From the NCBI RefSeq assembly GCF_001194135.2, contig NC_068983.1:167809529-167873528 (forward strand): DNA of 64,000 nucleotides. The letters are read 5' to 3'. The notes under the pieces were generated by a model. The model did not search any database and had not been told where the DNA came from. It worked only from the letters and a program-made list of their open reading frames with translations. Positions 56,697 to 64,000 of this stretch are shown here, in pieces; position 1 is the first letter of the stretch; each line of letters opens with the position of its first letter. The DNA is from Octopus bimaculoides. Taxonomy: Eukaryota. The translations under genes were made by a program, and so were the position numbers.

Positions 56697-56751
56697 AGAC
56701 AGGGTCTTCAGGTAAGTTAGGAGTTGTAATTTGCCTGACAACTCCATGCAC
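56697..56751 (-). CDS. DENND5: candidate small DENND5 exon (VHGVVRQITTPNLPEDPV)
   Basis: tatttgtag acceptor and gtatgt donor, open frame, ends in phase 1 as the next exon requires; no recognisable homology. Confidence 0.45.
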
Positions 56752-57461
56752 CTACAAATATTCATTATATATATGTGTGTGTGTGTGTGTTTTATAAAAC
56801 AAAGAATGAATCATGCCGTTTAAATTTACAGTTGATCTATGCTCTTCTTCATAAGATTAACATCACTTAAAATAATTAGTACAGTGTAAACAATTGATTT
56901 GAATATTTTATAAAAATTATCAATTCATAAGAACATTTTCTTACTATTCTTCTTCCAAAATGGTAACAGAAAAAAAAAAAAATGCCAGTTAAATTTGGAA
57001 GTAAGTCAGAACATGACTGTGGTGGACCTGGAATAATAAAAGCTTAACCAACTCGAAAAGAGATCTAAGTAACAAGTGGTGAGATTACAGAGTTAATCAG
57101 TCTATCGATGTAATATAAAAGGAGAAAAACAATAAAACTAAAAACATAAAAGAACAATGAACATTCATCAAATGTCTGCAAAATTTATATTGTATACACC
57201 TGTTAATGGAAATGAGAAGAATGTGAATTAATAATTAAAACAATTAACCAACATTGATATATTGTTAATCAAGCTAATTAGATAAATTTAAAATGGCATA
57301 TTGGATAATTTTTGTAATTTGTTTGGTTATGTGAAATCACAGGAATCAGATTAGAAGTTGAGAGAGCTAAAAAAGGATTAAGCCAGCAGCTAAGGAGGAA
57401 AATCAGAAAAGTTATAGCTATCACATGGGAAGGAATTCTGAAGCAGTAGCTATATACATAC

Positions 57462-57503
<42 letters not shown>

Positions 57504-60500
57504 GTATGTAAAGAAATTACTACAAAAATATAGATATCAAAAATCATTGCAAAAGCAGAAAACATGGAGTAATAAATTGGTTGGAAGAAAAAGGCCAAAT
57601 AAAGAATCCTTAAGGGAGATGAGGGAGAAAAGGACAAGATATATAAAAAAAAAAAAAAAACTTTAAAATACTACACACAGTAGTAGAAAAAAATTACCAA
57701 AGGTAACTTTATATATAACTACAGGTATTTTACTTGATTCTAAATAATTAAGTTGGTGAAAGCATTTTCAATGCTTCAAAGATTAAAAACATAAGATGAG
57801 ATATGAAGTGAAAGGAAAATGCTATTAACATTATTGTGATCTCTCCAAGTAACAGCTAGAGGTGCATTTTACGAGTAACTTGCCAAAGGCTTTGGCAATC
57901 AAATCATGAAACAGACATACAAAAGTTCGTTTGTTGAAACATAATAATTATCTTATTTTTGCTTCTATTTTAAGAAAAATAAGGGGCACAGGGCACCTTC
58001 TAGGCTAACATCAATGAACTCCCTTCATCAGCTCTTTCACAACAAAATAATAAAACCCTTAAACTACAACAACAAAATGTTTACGTTATTAACCCCTTTC
58101 ATTTCCATATTTCTGCCTTTGTTTTAATTAATTTTGAAAATAATGAAGAATTTAGCAATATATTCTTCTTGTTTTGTCAGTCCTTGGAACATGAATTAAG
58201 AAATTTTCAAAGGTTTTAATCTAGATAATTTAAAACAGGAAGTATATATCCTAGAGCCAGAGGTGATCCGAGATGGATTGGCATCTCAGCTAATATTGCT
58301 TATAGTCCAGATTGATTTGAGAGAAAAACTCAGAGGAAATAATCAGATGTTATAGCCAAGAATATGACAAGGGAATCCAAAGACCTAACCTTCAAAGTGG
58401 CAACACTTTCATTAAATGGATACTTTATTCTTTTTCTGTAGACATATGGATTAATTTTTAATACAATCAATGCTATGATAAATTATCATGAGTATATAAA
58501 ACAGTGAAAATTAAAACAATGATTTACATATTCATTGATAACATATTTTGGTAGATTTTAACATATGTTAGTGATTCTTGTATCTCAGTTCTGGAGAACA
58601 ACTCTTTTCAAAGGAGGTGTTGACAATATACTTGATTCAGTAATATAAAGACAGGTGTTCTTGGCATTATTGCTTTAGTATCAATTTATTATAATTATTA
58701 ATTTATGTATTTTTTTAAGTATATGGATGAAAAACCATATTTAATTTTCATCAAATTTGAACTCAGAAGTGAAAAAAGCTAAATTCTTCAAAAGTCTTTT
58801 GGGTTTGGTTCCTTACGACCTCAGCTAATTCACTTCTAAGATGATGTGACTCACAATCCGTGTGCATGCATCTAAACCAACGTTATAACAAAGATGATTA
58901 CATTAGATGACAATATTTTTCTCTTATAAAAATTAAAGAATTTATAAATGAAGAGAATAATTGTAGAACCCTTACAGAAACTGGGAAACCCCTCCAACTA
59001 AAACACAACAACAACAAAAAAAGAGCTAAAATATTCATTGTTAACAAGCAATGAACAATGATTCCAGATATCTCTACAATGTGAAGAGGTTTACTAAGAT
59101 GCTATAGTAGAATTGGTGGAGAATTAAGATGTACATACATTGCAGAGAGAAAGAAACATTTGCAGTTTGTCCATGAAGAGTCTTGACATTCTCATATCTA
59201 TATCAGTTTGTGAAGAGAGAGAGGAGTTTGTGTTTATTCATCTACAGAAATGGACTTTGACAGAAAAGTCCTTGTCATTCTAAACAAAGTGAATTACACA
59301 CATACATGACTAGTCCCATACCATCTTCAAACTAGATACTGTGCTCAACAACAGGCAAGGCTGCTCGCAATATATGGTGCAAGGAGCTACTTCAGAAAAG
59401 AAGAGGACAAATAAGAATGCAACAGCTAAGATTTAAAAACATTTTCACGTACTAACAATACGTTTTCGCAGGATGAACCAGATCATTGCTGAAAATAAAA
59501 GTTGAAAGTGGGTTCTTATCAGTGTTTCATTATTGAAATTAGTAAACAAATTTAGAATTTAAAAATAAGAAGCTGTTCACAGCTTATTAGGTTCTTAATA
59601 CTCCAACATTTGATCAATCACAAGTTACAGCTTTATTTCACTAAAAGTCACTAAAATATATGTAATCCCTCTTGTGATCCCTCAAAAGGTTACGACTATT
59701 ACAAGGGAGATCATTTCGTTATAATCTGAAGTAAGATTAGAAACTGAAATTAAAGAAAGTTACAGAAAACAATGCATAGAATTCACTTATTCAATATTTT
59801 GGGTTTATTTGATATGAAGTTCTTAAAATTCCTTGGCATTCCATGTATAGCATTATTTTTAGAAATCAGTCTGACATAACCTAGCACAGGCATGGCCTAG
59901 ACCACTTCTGTCTGAAACTTATCTACGTATTATCGATAAGATGTTTATATTTATCAATAACAATATTTTTTCACTTATTTAAAATTGCTGACCACTTTGA
60001 ATCAACTTAGCTTAAAATATTTAAAATCATACAAAGAGGAAAACTGGAAAAAAAAAAAATAATAAATTTATATTAGAAATATTAAACAGGTCTTTTAGGA
60101 GGCAAGGTAGGAGAAGCTGTTTGCATAAGCAACTAAATAACTGCATATCTAGTGATCCAAACTACAGTCATGTGAAAGGTAACTATTATAAAAGAGGGAA
60201 ACCATGATGGGATAAGAACTACTTGTTGGTAGACAACAGAAGATGCAATCAAATTTTAGTTAGATTTTCTGTTTTTTTTTATCATTGTCCTTATTTCAAC
60301 ATCTGTTTTTCCGTGCTTGCATAGGTCGAGCAGAATTTGTTGAGGCAGATTTTCTACATCTGGATGCCTTTCTTGACACCAACCCACACACGTTTCTAAG
60401 CTCCTTGGCCAAGAAATGTTTTGCATAGGAAACTTGTAACAAACAATATTGTTAGTATGACAGTAATTCTCATTTACACTTATCACATGATGTCAAGACA

Positions 60501-61048
60501 ATAATACAAACATGCACACAAAACACAAACAGGCTTCTTTCAGTTTTCACCTAAATCCAGTCACAAGGTTTTGGCCAACTGAGGCTACAGTTGGTCAAGG
60601 TGCCATGAAGTGGGAATGACTACAGAACCAAGTGGTTGGGAAGCAAGCTTGCACATTTGCACATTTGCACACTTGCACATTTAGCCTTCAGAAAGAAATT
60701 CGAATGTAATTTAGATTTATTGAAAATATTCAAGTTGAATGACAGGGTAAGAGTAGAACAACAATAGCAGTAACATTGTGTGCTAATTGATAACATCATG
60801 TGTTAATTAATGACATGATGATTAAAAAAAAAATTGCCTTGAGACATTGAAAATGTAGCAAATAAAGTCAAGAAGTTTCCTTGAAAGATAATGCAGAAGG
60901 GGGTTTGTCGGGAGTGAGGAAGAGTACTGCAACAATGAGATCTAAATAATGGTGCAGTAAATGGAATAATTATGCCAAGGATTGGACACAGCTGAAGAAC
61001 ACCTTAGAATATTTGGATAGTGGATAAAACAGAAGACATTGAAGGTGA

Positions 61049-61051
<3 letters not shown>

Positions 61052-61108
<57 letters not shown>
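61052..61108. repeat. (TG)n microsatellite
   Basis: Direct reading. Confidence 0.95.
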
Positions 61109-61112
<4 letters not shown>

Positions 61113-62589
61113 AAGCATATGATTGAGCAAGTGTAAATTAGGTGAGACAGCATAACTGCCTCCCCTTTCTCTAATATGGAGGCTTTTGAAAGCAATGAGT
61201 TGGTAGAATTCTTAGAGTGTCAGACAAAATGTCGAACAGTATTTCTTCAGAACTTTCATGCTCTGAGTTTGAATTCTGCTGGGGCTGACTTTCTTTGCTT
61301 TCATCTTGCTGGGGTTGCCAAAACAAAGTATTGACCATATTCGGGGAGCAGCGTAACCGACTAACCCTCATTCTTCAATAAATTGCTGGCCTTGTGCATC
61401 AATTAGGGACAGTATTAGACAAATGTGTTGACAAGTAACATACTTGAAGAACAGATTAGACTAACCAAACTGAGAGTAAAGTCTAAAATTATATTTTGTT
61501 AAACTAACTAAACTAAATAACTGAGTGTTTATAGTCTAAAATTTAAGTTCTGTTGCCATAGTAGAAAACCCTGTATCGTTTTTGTTTTTTGTTTTAATCA
61601 ATAGACACAAAAAATGTTCATTACAACCTTTAGCAATATTTTTCTAATTGAATTTAGTGTCTATCTTCTTATGACTACCAATACCAAAATCAGTTATTTT
61701 GGTTCTTGAAGTAGAAACATTAAAGAAATTGGTTTTATTTCTGTAAATCAAAATAGCGTGAACCTAGTAATGAAGTTTAGTAACAGAAACGAGTTGATAA
61801 ATTTACTGTAATTTACTGAAACTTGAAGATACTGACATTTCATTATCCAGCTTGTTAATTCCAAGTTTTTAAGAATTGGTTAGGATACATGATTTCTTTA
61901 GTTTACAATCAGTTGCCAAAATACAATCTATTATTTACTGTTTGTTTGCTTTTGTTGTTGTCCAAGAGTGACCTAATGTAGTGTCTCTTTTTAGATCCTA
62001 AGATTCAAGGTCTTGACAGTTCAGCAACACTAAAATTAAATACACAAACTCATAAAACATGAGCTATACATTCAACAGCGTACAGCAAAAGAAACACACT
62101 CCTCCATTTTATACACTGGCAACAAACAATGTCAACAGTCCAAACCAAAAAGACAAAAAAAAGGTAAAGTATTCGCTACAAGAAGACACCATTAACTCTT
62201 CTGCTTGACTTTACCAGCAAAACATACAAATGGTTGTGTCAAATATGGGAGATTCTTTTGTCTCACCCTGAACAACCTAATAACTCTAAATTGAAGAAAA
62301 GTAGAATCTTCATCATCATTTCACATATGTTTTCCATGCTGGCATGGGTTGGATGGTTTAACAGATGTCTAGGCTCCAGTCTGTTTTGCCATGCTTTCTA
62401 CAGATGGATGCTCTTTCTAATGTCAACTACTTTACAGAATGGACTGGAGGCTTTTGATATGGCACCAGCACCGATAGGGTCACCAAGTACCTTGCAAAAC
62501 AAAAAAAGGCAAAAACCCTACAACTGGGAGTGGGGAGTAGTGTTGAGGGGATGGTGGCTTTATGCCAGTTGAGAAATTAAAGGTATAGA

Positions 62590-62715
62590 AGGAAGATGCA
62601 AGATATTTTGTTTTGTACTTAAGGGAATGCTATGTCCTCGTTTGAGGACAAAGAGGGAGATGCAAGATATTGTTTTTGCTTTGTACTCAAGGGAATGTTA
62701 GGTCCTCATTTAAGG
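62590..62715. repeat. diverged two-copy tandem duplication, period ~64-68 bp
   Basis: agatgcaagatatt...tttgtact.aagggaatg.ta.gtcctc.ttt.agg at 62594 and 62658. Confidence 0.8.
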
Positions 62716-64000
62716 TTACAACAATTGAAGTGCTAAATTAGAAGTTTCTTACCAGCATGTACTTCCCCATTATTATTGTAAGGAGAATTATCTTGAATGG
62801 ACAATGCAGGCCACAAATCTACACAAAGAAAGAAGACATTCCTACAAATCTCAGAATCTGTGAAATCATGAACAATTGTTTTCTTGATAAGTTGTTGAAA
62901 TTTGTGGAATAGACCTCCTGCTGTTACAGGAAAGAAAATTACATCTCTAAGAACATTTCCTAGCAGAATAAATGATCCTTGGAGAACTAGAACATTTACT
63001 TAAAATATGTACTTTGTTGAGCCATTTTGATTTTTTAATGAACTTTCACTCAGTAATTCCATTAATTATCTTGCTAATTAATTGGTTTGTATAACCTGAA
63101 TAGACTAAGACAATCTACATCTAACATTCTCAAGATGGCTTATATCTTTCAAAATACTCTCATTTTTAGTTTGCATTTGTTCTTTCTCAATTATAATGAA
63201 TGATCCAAACTTGAATGAAATAAGAGACATTTAGTATGTAAAAGTAAAACTTTTACCCACAAACATCACACAGAAAAATTTAAAACATTTATTTCTCTAC
63301 AGTAGATGTGAAAATTTAAACACAACATTGATATGGGTTGTTTCTATGTCAATTATGAATTATCTTCACTCGTTTTCACAATGAGATTTACAGTAATTTT
63401 ATACCTTTAAAGTAATTCCAGCCCTTAATCATAACATAGAAATAAAGAGAGAAACTGTGAGAAACCTTATCAATCTACAGAAAAACATTGAATGGGATTA
63501 TACAACATTTCACCCATTTATAATAATGCATTGAATAAAATGGTTAGTTAGTTATCCCCTAAAATGTTTGTCTCAGAAAGGATAAGTGGTTCTAAATAAA
63601 TAAAGGAAGAAGGAAAAAAACATCAGAATTAAAATATAGTAAAAAGGTGATCTCTTTACTATGGAGTGTGTATATTAAAGAAAAGGAAAAATTAAATCAG
63701 AAATAATTAAAAAAAAGGATTAATAAGACATTAATCACGATATAAAATAGCCATTGTTTAATAAATTTGTCATCTGACAGTCTTTGATTCATGAAGATAA
63801 ATTTAAATTGATAACGATCTTTGATCATTAGTAATTTCATATTAACTGTTGATGTAAATAAAGATGGTTGTCTAGTTGAAGGGTGTGAATTGGTTACAGT
63901 TTAATACAACTTGTGTTGAGGTTGATATTGTAAAGAAGAGAGGAAAAGATTAGAAGTAAATAACACCACTTGTATGATGGTGATGCTCATTTACAATCAT

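Noticed and set aside
56941-57030. Possible extra DENND5 exon (tattccag...gtaaga on the minus strand)
   Set aside because: It contains a long poly-T run and no recognisable protein similarity.

Overview
AT-rich, intron- and repeat-rich animal DNA, most likely a coleoid cephalopod (Octopus-type); the organism is inferred from the SINE/RTE repeat families, not proven. I reconstructed two convergent protein-coding genes by hand from GT-AG splice sites with consistent phases. (1) Plus strand: the 3' 14 exons (1540-31783) of a BMPER/crossveinless-2 (or kielin/chordin-like) gene encoding four VWC repeats, VWD, C8 and TIL, in which the canonical GDPH autocleavage motif reads GNNH. (2) Minus strand: the 3' 10 exons (56254 to 36281) of a DENND5/Rab6IP1 gene (RUN1-PLAT-RUN2), plus one tentative 55-nt exon at 56697-56751. 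Both genes begin outside the window. Introns hold decayed RTE and CR1-group LINEs, one mariner, Tc1 remnants, TTAA-type MITEs, many tRNA-derived SINEs, microsatellites and two N gaps. Most supplied ORFs are repeat-derived or spurious. The most unusual structure is a tRNA-headed short element with a Penelope-type minimal hammerhead ribozyme tail and a 5' inverted duplication (7451-7766). Also notable are an old ~0.8-kb foldback split by an RTE and carrying a micro-inversion, a 64-bp intronic hairpin, and a 5 x 46-bp stem-loop array in the probable DENND5 3' UTR.
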